From: Clostridia bacterium
Lineage (GTDB): Bacteria > Bacillota > Clostridia > Oscillospirales > CAG-272
NCBI GenBank assembly: GCA_017550315.1
Contig: JAFZPN010000038.1
Location: forward strand, 4,419-68,418
Reading direction: 5' to 3'
DNA: 64,000 nt
Program-made: the position numbers and the translations under genes
The notes under the pieces: generated by a model
Told to the model about the DNA's origin: nothing
Database searches by the model: none
The model's input: only the letters and a program-made list of their open reading frames with translations
Part shown: piece by piece, positions 9,168-19,575 of the stretch
How positions within the stretch are numbered: the first letter of the stretch is position 1
Layout: each line of letters opens with the position of its first letter

Positions 9168-10415
9168 ATGGAGCTGTCAGAGCGGGACCGGAACACGCTG
9201 CGCGAACTGGCGACGCGTTACATGACGTACGCGCTGTCCGATAAGAACAACGAAAAGCGGGAGCTGTGGCGCGCGCTCAACCATCACGCGATGCAGAAGC
9301 CCATGCTCGCGATCGATCAGATGCCGTGGAACGAACTGGACGTCGACGGCTTTCTCGTGTGCACGGTCGAAAATCCCTATTTCCGCAGGGTGGAGTGGAA
9401 TCTGCGGGCGGAGATCTATAAATGGGAGCGTCTCCCCGCCGACATGGTGCTCAATCCCTACATCCTCCTGCCGCGGCCCATCGGCAACACGGGCTACGGT
9501 GTGCCCTATGTCAAGACGACCCTCGCCACCGACGAGACGAACAGCGTCGTCGCGCAGCATTTCATCAACCAGTTCGAGGAGCCGGAGGATATCGAAAAGA
9601 TCAAGACACCCGTTATCACCGTCGACCGCGCTGCCGAAGCCGACGTGATCGGGACGGCGAACGATCTCTTCTCCGGGATCGCACCGGTGCGGATGCAGGG
9701 CATCATCCTCCACCTCGGCTTCTGGGATTTCATCGCGCAGTGGATGGGCGTGGAGAACTGCTACATCGAACTCATGGACCGCCCGGAGATGATGCACGCC
9801 ATCATGGAGCGGCTGACGGAGGCCACCATCGCCGAGATCGAACAGATCAACGAACAGGGCCTCTACGACGTGAACGGAAATATGTGCCACTGTTCCTATA
9901 CCTTCTCGGATACGCTGCCGACGGCGGAGTGCGACCGGGACAACCCGACCACGCACGACGGATGGGCATTCGGGCTGGCGCAGCTCTTCACCTCCGTCTC
10001 CCCGGACATCACGGCGGAGTTCGAGGTACCGTACATGCAGCGGCTGTTCCCCTATTTCGGCTCGATCTACTACGGCTGCTGCGACCGCCTCGACGACCGC
10101 CTGGACGTGATCGACCGGATGCCGAACATCCGCAAGATCTCGTGCAGCCCGTGGAGTGACAGGGAAAACTTCGCGGCGAACCTGCCGAAGAAGTATATCA
10201 TGTCAAATAAGCCGAGTCCCGCCCTCCTCGCGCAGTCCTCCTTCGACGAGGACGCCGTCCGGGCGGACCTGAGGCGCACCATCGCCGCGGCAAAGGCGCA
10301 CGGGCTCGGGCTCGAAATGATCTTAAAGGACATCAGTACCGTGAAATACAAGCCCGAGCGGCTCTGGCGGTGGTCACAGATCGCACAGAAAGAGACGCTC
10401 CGCGCGGCGCTGTAA
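9168..10415 (+). CDS. URO-D (uroporphyrinogen decarboxylase)-superfamily-like protein, long form (415 aa)
   Basis: Start ATG 9168 lies behind GGGAGG (7-nt spacer). The ORF-track start at 9075 is the TTG of the -35 box. The C-terminal half (RKISCSPWSDRENF...KPSPALL...ADLRRTIAAAKAHGLGLEMILKDIST) resembles the C-terminal barrel strands of URO-D/MtaA-like proteins. The family call is tentative. Confidence 0.45.
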   Translation: MELSERDRNTLRELATRYMTYALSDKNNEKRELWRALNHHAMQKPMLAIDQMPWNELDVDGFLVCTVENPYFRRVEWNLRAEIYKWERLPADMVLNPYILLPRPIGNTGYGVPYVKTTLATDETNSVVAQHFINQFEEPEDIEKIKTPVITVDRAAEADVIGTANDLFSGIAPVRMQGIILHLGFWDFIAQWMGVENCYIELMDRPEMMHAIMERLTEATIAEIEQINEQGLYDVNGNMCHCSYTFSDTLPTAECDRDNPTTHDGWAFGLAQLFTSVSPDITAEFEVPYMQRLFPYFGSIYYGCCDRLDDRLDVIDRMPNIRKISCSPWSDRENFAANLPKKYIMSNKPSPALLAQSSFDEDAVRADLRRTIAAAKAHGLGLEMILKDISTVKYKPERLWRWSQIAQKETLRAAL

Positions 10416-10447
10416 TACGATTAAGGATTAAGACGGAGGAGATCCTC

Positions 10448-11839
10448 ATGGCGGGAGAACAGAAAATCATCCGCGACCTGACGACGGGGAGCGTGCCGGG
10501 GACCCTTTTAAAGTTCTCCATGCCCCTGTTCTTCTCGGGCCTCTTGCAGATGGGCTACAATATGGTGGATATGGTCGTGGTGGGACGCTTCGTCGGCACG
10601 GAAGGCCTGTCCGCGGTGGCGATCGGCGGGGAAGTGCTCCAGCTCATTACCTTTGTCGCCATGGGATTCTCGAACGCGGGGCAGATCCTCATCTCCCGGT
10701 ACGTCGGGGAGGACGAGCGGGACAAGGTCGGCAAGATGGTCGGGACGCTGTTCACGCTCCTCGGCGGACTGGCCGTCGTCATCACGGTTGTTTTCCTCTT
10801 CTCCTACCGCGGGATCCTGCACTGGCTGAACACGCCGGAGGACATCTGGGAATACACCCGCCAGTACAGTGTGACCTGTGTGTACGGGACGTTCTTCATC
10901 TACGGCTACAACCTCGTGTCCGCCATCCTGCGCGGCATGGGCGATTCCCGGCATCCGTTCCAGTTCATCGCCATCGCCTCCGTCATCAACATTGTGCTCG
11001 ACGTGCTCTTCGTCGGTCCGCTGGGCATGGGACCGCTCGGCGCCGCCCTGGCGACCGTGATCGGTCAGGCGTTCAGCTTCCTGTTCGCTCTGCGGCTCCT
11101 CTACCGCAACCGCGAGCAGATCCGCTTTGATTTCCACCCCGCCCATTTCCGCATGGACCGCGAGGTGACCCGCCCCCTCATCTCCCTCGGCATCCCGATG
11201 GTGATCCAGTCCGCGGCGGTGACCTTCTCCATGCTGTTCGTCAACTCCTATGTCAATTCCTACGGCACGGTGGCGGTCGCGGTGACGGGCGTCGCGCGGA
11301 AGCTCGAGAGCATGATCGGCGTGATCTCGCAGGCGATCTCCTCCGCGGGCGGCGCGATGGTCTCCCAGGCACTCGGCGCGCGCAAGCTCGAGCGGGTCCC
11401 GAAGATCGTCGTCACCGCGCTGTGGGTCGTGGCGATCCCGGCGAGTATTTTCGCCGTCGTCACGCTGTTCCGTCCGGAATGGCTGTTCGGACTGTTCTCG
11501 GACGATCCCGCGGTCCTCGCCATGGCCGTGACCTATGTTCCCGTCGCCCTGGTGCAGTATCTCGGCGCGACGCTGCGTCCGGCCAATTTTGCGCTCATCA
11601 ACGGCTCCGGCAACTCGCGTCTGAATCTGGCGGTCGCGCTGCTGGACGGGATCGCCGCGCGGATCGGACTTGCGCTCCTCCTCGGCATCGAGCTCGGCAT
11701 GGGGATCCTCGGATTCTGGTACGGCAACGCGCTCGCGGGACTGGTGCCGTTCCTCATCGGGAGCGTCTATCTCCTCTCCGGACGCTGGAAGACGCGCGCC
11801 TCCGGGAGAGGGAATCGGGAACGGACGGAATCCGAATAA
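10448..11839 (+). CDS. MATE family efflux transporter (463 aa)
   Basis: N-terminus DLTTGSVPGTLLKFSMPLFFSGLLQMGYNMVDMVVVGRFVG is the canonical MATE/NorM start. About 12 hydrophobic segments; SD GGAGGA. Confidence 0.85.
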   Translation: MAGEQKIIRDLTTGSVPGTLLKFSMPLFFSGLLQMGYNMVDMVVVGRFVGTEGLSAVAIGGEVLQLITFVAMGFSNAGQILISRYVGEDERDKVGKMVGTLFTLLGGLAVVITVVFLFSYRGILHWLNTPEDIWEYTRQYSVTCVYGTFFIYGYNLVSAILRGMGDSRHPFQFIAIASVINIVLDVLFVGPLGMGPLGAALATVIGQAFSFLFALRLLYRNREQIRFDFHPAHFRMDREVTRPLISLGIPMVIQSAAVTFSMLFVNSYVNSYGTVAVAVTGVARKLESMIGVISQAISSAGGAMVSQALGARKLERVPKIVVTALWVVAIPASIFAVVTLFRPEWLFGLFSDDPAVLAMAVTYVPVALVQYLGATLRPANFALINGSGNSRLNLAVALLDGIAARIGLALLLGIELGMGILGFWYGNALAGLVPFLIGSVYLLSGRWKTRASGRGNRERTESE

Positions 11840-11866
11840 GCATATCGCTCATCAGGAGGTTTGGCC

Positions 11867-13036
11867 ATGCGCATTTTCACGCCCGACGACGGGTGGCATT
11901 ATTTCTTCGGGTATTACGATCTTCAGCCCTTTGATTCGACCGAACGCTTCCACCTGATGCACCGTGTCCCCTTCATGGACAGTCTTCCGGGCCCTGACGA
12001 CACCGCAGAGCTCGGAGAGATCGATCTCGAGACCGGGGAATTCCGCAAGCTTGCCGAGACCACCGCGTGGAACTTCCAGCAGGGCGCCATGCTCCGCCGG
12101 TTCCGGGATGACGGGCACATCCTCTACAATGTCCGCGATCCGGGGACCCCGTCCGGCTTTGCCGCGGAGATCCTCGACACCGAGACCGGCGCGCGGAGAC
12201 GGCTCCCCGTACCTGCCGCCGATGTGTCGAAGGACGGACGACGGCTCCTTTCGGTCAATTTCAGCCGGATCTATGACTTCCGGCCCGGCTACGGATACGC
12301 GGGCGTCCCCGATCCGTGGAAAGAGATCCGCGCGCCGCAGGACGATGGGGTGTTTCTCACGGATACGGTGACCGGCGAGACCCGGCTGCTGATCAGCTAC
12401 GCCGCGATCCGGGAGGCGTTTCCGGAGCCCCCGTATTCCGACGGAAAGCTGCTTGTGAACCACATCACCTTCGGTCCGGCGGGAGACCGGTTCCTCTTCC
12501 TTGTGCGCAATTTCCCACAGCCCGGTCAGCGCGGCTGGAAGACAGAACTCATCGTCTCGGACCTCGAGGGGAACATGAAACGGCTCACCGGCTTCTGCCT
12601 CAATTCGCATTACCACTGGAAAAACGACCGCGAGATCCTGATCGTCTCCTCGCTCCGGACGGAAGACAGTTCTTTCGCCCTCGCCCTCATCGACAGCGAG
12701 ACCGGCGCGGCGGCTCCGCTTCCCGAACCGAATCCCGATTTCGACATCCACTGCATCTATTCGCCGGATCGCCGATGGATCGTCGGGGACAGCTATCCCG
12801 GCGGATCCCGCGGCGCGACGCGCAGTCTCTGGCTGATCGACACGGAGCGGGGTATCATGACGGAGCCGGTGCGCGTGGACACGGTGATCCCGCCCGTCGT
12901 CGACATCCGCTGCGATCTGCATGTGCGCTGGAGTCCGTCCGGGAAACTGCTTTCCTTCGATTCGACGCACACCGGACGGCGGACGTCGGTCCTGCTCACG
13001 GCGGAGGAGATCGGGATTCCTTCCGCGGGCCTCTGA
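11867..13036 (+). CDS. Beta-propeller protein, TolB/oligogalacturonate-lyase-like (389 aa)
   Basis: Repeated blade-like segments. The C-terminal DLHVRWSPSGKLLSFDSTHTGRRTSVLL resembles the terminal blade of TolB/PL22-type propellers. ATG 11867 follows AGGAGG (7 nt); the track start at 11861 is a TTG. Confidence 0.4.
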   Translation: MRIFTPDDGWHYFFGYYDLQPFDSTERFHLMHRVPFMDSLPGPDDTAELGEIDLETGEFRKLAETTAWNFQQGAMLRRFRDDGHILYNVRDPGTPSGFAAEILDTETGARRRLPVPAADVSKDGRRLLSVNFSRIYDFRPGYGYAGVPDPWKEIRAPQDDGVFLTDTVTGETRLLISYAAIREAFPEPPYSDGKLLVNHITFGPAGDRFLFLVRNFPQPGQRGWKTELIVSDLEGNMKRLTGFCLNSHYHWKNDREILIVSSLRTEDSSFALALIDSETGAAAPLPEPNPDFDIHCIYSPDRRWIVGDSYPGGSRGATRSLWLIDTERGIMTEPVRVDTVIPPVVDIRCDLHVRWSPSGKLLSFDSTHTGRRTSVLLTAEEIGIPSAGL

Positions 13037-13070
13037 TACCGAACATCTTACCTCAGAAAGGGGAATCACC

Positions 13071-14408
<1,338 letters not shown>

Positions 14409-14415
14409 ACGGCAA

Positions 14416-14458
14416 AAGGCTCCTCACACCGACCGTGGGGAGCCTTGTCTTTGGTATT
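14416..14458. terminator. Bidirectional rho-independent terminator between convergent genes
   Basis: 12-bp stem (14416-14427 with 14435-14446, core AAGGCTCC/GGAGCCTT) and a 7-nt loop, followed by GTCTTTGGTATTT. Confidence 0.65.
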
Positions 14459-14487
14459 TGAGCACAGATCGAACCGTGTATCCGCCG

Positions 14488-15654
14488 TTACGCGCCCTTC
14501 TTCCGTTCTTCCGTCGTCTTCGCGATCCAGTTCTCGATCGTTTCGAGCACCAGCGGCAGATTCCCGATCTGGCAGTGATGCCCGGCGCATTCCTCCTCGG
14601 TGAACAGCCGTCCGGTCACGCTGCGCGCGTTTGTCAGGGCCTTGATCTGCTCGTCGTAGTAGACCGTGTAGAGATCCTCCGATCCGGCGAGCACGAGGAC
14701 GTCCTGCGTGAGAAGCTGGGAGATTTGACGGGTGTTGTACTGCTTGATGCAGTTGAAATATTCGCAGGGCGTGTGCACGTTTTCATAGATCGCGTAGCCC
14801 TGGCCGAGCAGCCACCGGGTGAAGTAGTTCTCGTCGAGCTTTCTGCCGAGCCATTTCCAGAGGATATTGCGCGGATGCGCGGTCATGTAGTCGAACAGCT
14901 TTGCCTTCCGCTTGCCCATCTTCTGCGTGATCGCGCCGTAGAAATCGTAGATCAGATCGTACATGACGACCCGCTCGATCCGCTTGTCATACGCCGCGGC
15001 CCGGGGCGCAAGATACCCGCCGAGTGAGATGCCGATCAGCGTGACGTCGCACAGATCGAAGTGATCGAGGACCGCCGCGGTGCAGTGCTCCCATTCCGGC
15101 GTCATCCGGATTCCGCAGCGCATCAGCACCTCGCCCTGACCCGGGCCCTCGAAGAAATAGGTCTCGTATCCCTTTCCGCCGAAGTACGGCAGGAGATCCA
15201 AAAACTCCTGAATCAGGCTGTCATATCCGCCGTGCAGGACGATGACGCCCTTCGGATCTTCCAGCTTTACGGAGTACACCGGCAGATAGCCGTTCTGATA
15301 GGGAACGCGGTCGTACCGGATCTCCCCGATCGCGCCGTAATACGCATCATAGTGCGCCATGCACTTTTCATAGAGCGCCTCTTTCAGGGATCGGCCCCCT
15401 TCGTCCGTCGTGCCGCTGATCGTGTAAAACTGCGCGGCCCGGTAACACACCGCCGCCTTCCGGTGATCACCTTCTCCGGCAGCGCGGTCCCCCGCTTCGG
15501 TGAACAGCGCGATCCATTTCTCGAAATCCGTCGCCTGTTTTCCGATCTCCATGAGCTCATCCCTGCCGAACACGCCCATCGAATAGAACCGGTTCATCTG
15601 AAAGTTCATGCCGACGTTGTCGCTGAAATCGTAGTATCCCACTTGAAACTGCAT
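14488..15654 (-). CDS. Alpha/beta hydrolase (388 aa)
   Basis: Nucleophile elbow LIGISLGGYLA (GxSxG). Start set at ATG 15654 behind GGAGG. The GTG at 15687 would sit at the predicted transcription start of the promoter at 15694-15722. Confidence 0.7.
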   Translation of the reverse strand: MQFQVGYYDFSDNVGMNFQMNRFYSMGVFGRDELMEIGKQATDFEKWIALFTEAGDRAAGEGDHRKAAVCYRAAQFYTISGTTDEGGRSLKEALYEKCMAHYDAYYGAIGEIRYDRVPYQNGYLPVYSVKLEDPKGVIVLHGGYDSLIQEFLDLLPYFGGKGYETYFFEGPGQGEVLMRCGIRMTPEWEHCTAAVLDHFDLCDVTLIGISLGGYLAPRAAAYDKRIERVVMYDLIYDFYGAITQKMGKRKAKLFDYMTAHPRNILWKWLGRKLDENYFTRWLLGQGYAIYENVHTPCEYFNCIKQYNTRQISQLLTQDVLVLAGSEDLYTVYYDEQIKALTNARSVTGRLFTEEECAGHHCQIGNLPLVLETIENWIAKTTEERKKGA

Positions 15655-15693
15655 CCCTGCCGCCTCCGCTGTCTGTGTGATTTTCACAGGATT

Positions 15694-15722
15694 ATTATAC
15701 GGGATTCAGGCCCCGAAGTCAA
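15694..15722 (-). promoter_or_regulatory. sigmaA-type promoter for the alpha/beta hydrolase gene
   Basis: Minus strand reads TTGACT (15722-15717), 17-nt spacer, TATAAT (15699-15694). Confidence 0.6.
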
Positions 15723-15794
15723 GGGAGCGCGCAGGTTTTCGCATAAAATGCCGCCGGAGGATCCGCAAACCGCAGGACGCGCACCGCTTTCCTG

Positions 15795-15823
15795 TTGACA
15801 GGAGGGCCGCTTTCCTGTATAAT
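15795..15823 (+). promoter_or_regulatory. sigmaA-type promoter for the DUF4838 / GH76-like unit
   Basis: Consensus TTGACA (15795-15800), 17-nt spacer, TATAAT (15818-15823). Confidence 0.7.
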
Positions 15824-15877
15824 AAGACCGACAGCACGACGGGAGGATCGCCCTCCCCGATGAAAGAGGCAGGCTCT

Positions 15878-17776
15878 ATGGAAAAGCTGTATCTGACCGA
15901 AAAAGACTATATCGTGATCCGCGGCGCGGCCGCTGCCGAAGCGGAGATCTATGCCGCACAAGAACTGGCGGAATACTTCCGGAAAATTACCGGCAGGACG
16001 CTGCCCGTGCGGACGGATGAGGACGCCGAGGGGGAATATGAAATCGTCGTCGGCCGCACGAACCGCAATGGAATGCCCGTCACAGAAGGGCTCGGCGAGG
16101 ACGGTTTCGTTCTCCGGACCGTCGGAGAAAAGCTCTTTCTGACCGGCGGCAGTCCGCGGGGGACGCTCTACGCGGTTTATGAATGGCTCGAATCGCGGCT
16201 CGGATGCCGGTTCTATGCGTCGGATTTTGAAAAGATCCCGCAGCGGGACACCGTAGTCCTCGATCCGATCGACGAGCGGCAGGTCCCCGTATTCACCGTG
16301 CGGAACGACTTCTGGTCCGATTATATCCGCAACCCCGGATTCGCCGCCAAGCGGAAGATGAACGGGAACAAGGGCCCGTCCCTGCCCGCGAAGTTCGGCG
16401 GTTCCATGCCGTGGGCCGGCGGCGGATGCCATACCATCGGAGAGCTTGCCGGCATGACGGGGAACCTCACGGACCGCCAGCCGTGTCTCTCGGACGAGGC
16501 GGTCTATGAGACCGTGCTCGGCAAGGTGAAGAAGCTCCTCAAGGACAATCCCGGAGCGCGGTTCATCTCCGTTTCCCAGAACGACAGCACGGATCGGGGC
16601 GTGGGATGTCAATGCGAGAAATGCCGGGAGGTCTTCCGGGAAACGGGGAGTTATGCCGGCTCGTTCCTGCGCTTCGTGAACCGGATCGCCGACGAGATCC
16701 GGGACGAATACCCGGACGTGATGATCCATACCTTTGCCTACCGCTACACCCGTCAGGCGCCGAAGGGCGTGATTCCCCGTCCCAACGTGATGGTGGAGCT
16801 CTGCTCGATCGAAGCCTGCTTCCGCCATCCGCTCGCCGTCTGCACCACGGTGGGGAAGGATCACGCGGCGGCGGACGATTTCTCCAAGCTGATCCGGGAC
16901 TGGTCGGCGATCTGCGAAAACCTGTCCGTCTGGGACTACACGACCGATTTTGCCAACTACAACCTCACCTTCCCGAATTTCGCGGTCCTGCGGGACAATG
17001 TGCGCCTCTTCGCGGACAATCACGTGAAATACGTCTTCGAGCAGGGCGCGTACCAGTCGCGCAACGGGGAATTCTGCGAGCTGCGCGGCTATCTGCTCGC
17101 AAAGCTCCTCTGGGATCCGTACATGTCCGATGAGGAATACGCGCGGATCGTAAGCGAATTCTTCGCGGATTTCTACGGAGAGGGAGGGGAGGCGATCCGG
17201 CAGTACGCGGACCTCTCGCTTGCCGAGACGAAGGAGAGGCACGTGTCGATCTACATCTCCCTCGAAGACCTGTACCCGAACCGGATCGAGACCCGCCGCG
17301 CCGACGGAGAGCTCCCGGATGGTCTGACCGCCGACGCGATCCGGAGCGGTTCTGTCGACCTCTCCGCTTACACCGAATGGTTCACGGCGGTGAAGCCGCA
17401 CATCCTGCTCGAAAAAGGCACACAGCTCTTCCGGTCCGCACTCGATGCCGCCCGGGACGACGCCGTCCGGCAGAATATCGAGCGATCCATGATCCAAGTC
17501 GGGGTATTGCGCTCGTTCTGGCGATACCGGGTGATCGAGAGTCACCGGGAGAACCTCACAAAGGTCCTCTGCGGCGTCCTCCGAGTCGAACCGGAAGACG
17601 AGACCGTCAAGATCATCTGCGACGGCGCGCTCCGGAGCGAGGAGGAGGCCTATGTCGAAGAGAACCGGCGCCTCCAGGTCAACATGATGGACCTCGGGGT
17701 GTATTTCCTCACCGAAGGAAACAGCATGAAAAACCGGGACGTCTTCCGCTTTCAGCTGCCCGTGACCCGGTGGTGA
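15878..17776 (+). CDS. DUF4838-type glycoside-hydrolase-like protein (632 aa)
   Basis: The N-terminus (IVIRGAAAAEAEIYAAQELAEYFRKITGRTLPV) resembles GH20b/GH67N-type lead domains. The central block QPCLSDE...SVSQNDSTDRGVGCQCEKCREVF...HTFAYRYTRQAP matches my recollection of the DUF4838 core. No signal peptide. The start could instead be ATG 15860. Confidence 0.6.
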   Translation: MEKLYLTEKDYIVIRGAAAAEAEIYAAQELAEYFRKITGRTLPVRTDEDAEGEYEIVVGRTNRNGMPVTEGLGEDGFVLRTVGEKLFLTGGSPRGTLYAVYEWLESRLGCRFYASDFEKIPQRDTVVLDPIDERQVPVFTVRNDFWSDYIRNPGFAAKRKMNGNKGPSLPAKFGGSMPWAGGGCHTIGELAGMTGNLTDRQPCLSDEAVYETVLGKVKKLLKDNPGARFISVSQNDSTDRGVGCQCEKCREVFRETGSYAGSFLRFVNRIADEIRDEYPDVMIHTFAYRYTRQAPKGVIPRPNVMVELCSIEACFRHPLAVCTTVGKDHAAADDFSKLIRDWSAICENLSVWDYTTDFANYNLTFPNFAVLRDNVRLFADNHVKYVFEQGAYQSRNGEFCELRGYLLAKLLWDPYMSDEEYARIVSEFFADFYGEGGEAIRQYADLSLAETKERHVSIYISLEDLYPNRIETRRADGELPDGLTADAIRSGSVDLSAYTEWFTAVKPHILLEKGTQLFRSALDAARDDAVRQNIERSMIQVGVLRSFWRYRVIESHRENLTKVLCGVLRVEPEDETVKIICDGALRSEEEAYVEENRRLQVNMMDLGVYFLTEGNSMKNRDVFRFQLPVTRW

Positions 17777-17854
17777 CGGGATCCCGCCGCGGCACTTTGC
17801 ATAGCGATCCGCTCAACATCAAAATATATTCATAAAAGAGGTTTTGCGACCATC

Positions 17855-19510
17855 ATGAAACCATTTCGCATCCTGCTGCTTTTCCTCGCGCTGCTCCTGA
17901 CCGTCTCTCCGGCGCTCAGCGCGTGTTCGAGGGCGGAAACGGAACCGTCTTCCCCGGAAACCGAATTGCCCGTCCCGTCGGACTCCGATCCCGAACCGGA
18001 ACCTGAACCGGAACCTGAACCGGAGCCAGAACCTGAGCCGGAGCCAGAACCCGAGCCCGAGCCAGAACCCGAGCCCGAACCGGAACCCGAACCGGAGCCG
18101 GAACCCGAGCCCGAACCGGAACCCGAACCGGAGCCTGAACCGGAACCCGAACCGATCAAAGAAGTCCCGGTCCGGTTGGTTTATTCCGACCCCGAGCAAT
18201 ACGCCCTCTATCTTGACGAGGCGATCACATACGCCAAAACGATCCACGATCTCTATTGGAACAGCGAGACCTGCCTCTCGAAGCTCACGCCCGACGGGGG
18301 AACGCCGTATATCTGGCCGTTTACCGAACAGTCGAGCATGGTGAACGGGATCCTTCTGGCGATGGACAAGGATCATCCGGACCGGGCGTATTTTGAGGAA
18401 TACCTCCGCGAACTGCTCACGGGACTGCGGCATTACCGCGTCAGACGGGTCGCTTTTGACAAGAAGACGGAGAGCTGGAACGATCCGGACAACACCCTGA
18501 CGGCCTTCGGCGAATCCGACGGCACGCCGCATTCCTATGCGATCTACGCGGCGGGGCGGCAGGACAACCGGGTGGATTCCGTCATCGCGAAGCCCGAGGG
18601 CATCTACTTCGACGACAATATCTGGGTGGCGAAGTCCTTCTATTACGCGTGGGTGAACACCGGCGACATCGCCTACCTCAACGAAGCGACGAGCATCGTC
18701 AACTGGATCCTCGGCGAGGGACGCGAAACCGCGGGCGCGCTCGACGGCATCTACTGGAACTGGGGGCGAAAATTCAAACTCCCGGCGGACGCGGGCGACA
18801 ACAACCGCGCGTCGATCAACACCTGCTCCACCTCTCCAACGACGATGGTCCTCGCCAAACTCGTCACCGCGGTCTCCGGCACGCCGCTTGAAGGTCTCCG
18901 GGACGGGTATCTCGAGGCCGCCGTCTCCCTCTTTGATTTCTGCACGGACGTCTTCGTGGATCCGTCGACGAAGTGCCTCTACGACAACATCACCCTGAAA
19001 AAGGGATTTGACACCGAAACCGAGCTGAAGAAACAGATTCTGCGGCTCGACAAGAACATGTACGCCTACAACACCGGCACCTATCTGACGGCGGGCGCGG
19101 AGCTTTACGCGCTCCTCTTTGCCGACAATCCGGAGAAAGCGGAGGCCGTCCTCTCCGCCGCCCTTGCCTCCGCGAAAGGCGCCGACAACTATTTCGCCGA
19201 CCGTACCGTGATGAAGGGCCAGTATTCCTATCCCTCACACAGCTGGTTCACCTCGTTCCTCGTCTCCGGATTCGCCGATCTCGCCGCCTATGACGAGGGC
19301 TGCGCGGAATACGAGGAGCACATGCGCTCCGCGCTCGATTTCGCGTGGAAATATCACCGCGAGAGCGACGGTCTTGTCAGTCCCGCGTGGATCAAAGGGT
19401 GGTCCCATTTCAAGGGCAAGACCGGGATCAACGAGGACAATCCCCGCCAGATCCTGTATCAGTCCGCCAACGCGCATTCCTACGCCATGCTGGCGCAGTA
19501 CTACCGATAA
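17855..19510 (+). CDS. Surface lipoprotein with (Pro-Glu)n linker and GH76-like (alpha-1,6-mannanase-like) domain (551 aa)
   Basis: Signal peptide plus LSAC lipobox, then about 28 PE dipeptides. The catalytic-domain-like block is [36 protein letters not shown]; an adjacent Asp-Asp followed by an aromatic-rich helix is typical of GH76. Confidence 0.6.
   Translation: MKPFRILLLFLALLLTVSPALSACSRAETEPSSPETELPVPSDSDPEPEPEPEPEPEPEPEPEPEPEPEPEPEPEPEPEPEPEPEPEPEPEPEPEPEPEPIKEVPVRLVYSDPEQYALYLDEAITYAKTIHDLYWNSETCLSKLTPDGGTPYIWPFTEQSSMVNGILLAMDKDHPDRAYFEEYLRELLTGLRHYRVRRVAFDKKTESWNDPDNTLTAFGESDGTPHSYAIYAAGRQDNRVDSVIAKPEGIYFDDNIWVAKSFYYAWVNTGDIAYLNEATSIVNWILGEGRETAGALDGIYWNWGRKFKLPADAGDNNRASINTCSTSPTTMVLAKLVTAVSGTPLEGLRDGYLEAAVSLFDFCTDVFVDPSTKCLYDNITLKKGFDTETELKKQILRLDKNMYAYNTGTYLTAGAELYALLFADNPEKAEAVLSAALASAKGADNYFADRTVMKGQYSYPSHSWFTSFLVSGFADLAAYDEGCAEYEEHMRSALDFAWKYHRESDGLVSPAWIKGWSHFKGKTGINEDNPRQILYQSANAHSYAMLAQYYR
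17990..18154 (+). repeat. Hexanucleotide tandem repeat (CCN-GAR)x~27 encoding the (Pro-Glu)n linker
   Basis: 165 nt of ccg/ccc/cct/cca + gaa/gag units with synonymous variation. The reverse strand reads as a (Gly-Ser)n ORF (17830-18159). Confidence 0.95.
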
Positions 19511-19525
19511 ACGAAACAAAAAACC

Positions 19526-19559
19526 GTCCGGGAGAAGCAGTCGTTTCTCCCGGACTTTT
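19526..19559. terminator. Bidirectional rho-independent terminator between convergent units
   Basis: 11-bp perfect stem GTCCGGGAGAA/TTCTCCCGGAC (19526-19536 with 19545-19555) and an 8-nt loop, flanked by A6 upstream and TTTT downstream. Confidence 0.8.
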
Positions 19560-19575
19560 CTTGTTATCAGCGATT

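Noticed and set aside
15719-17545. 608-aa minus-strand ORF
   Set aside because: It is antisense to the DUF4838-like gene and has shadow-ORF composition (Arg/Gly/Pro-rich).
17830-18159. (Gly-Ser)28-containing 109-aa minus-strand ORF, and the possibility of a CRISPR-like array
   Set aside because: It is the reverse-complement reading of the (Pro-Glu)n linker inside a well-supported lipoprotein gene. The period is 6 nt with no spacers, so it is not a CRISPR array.
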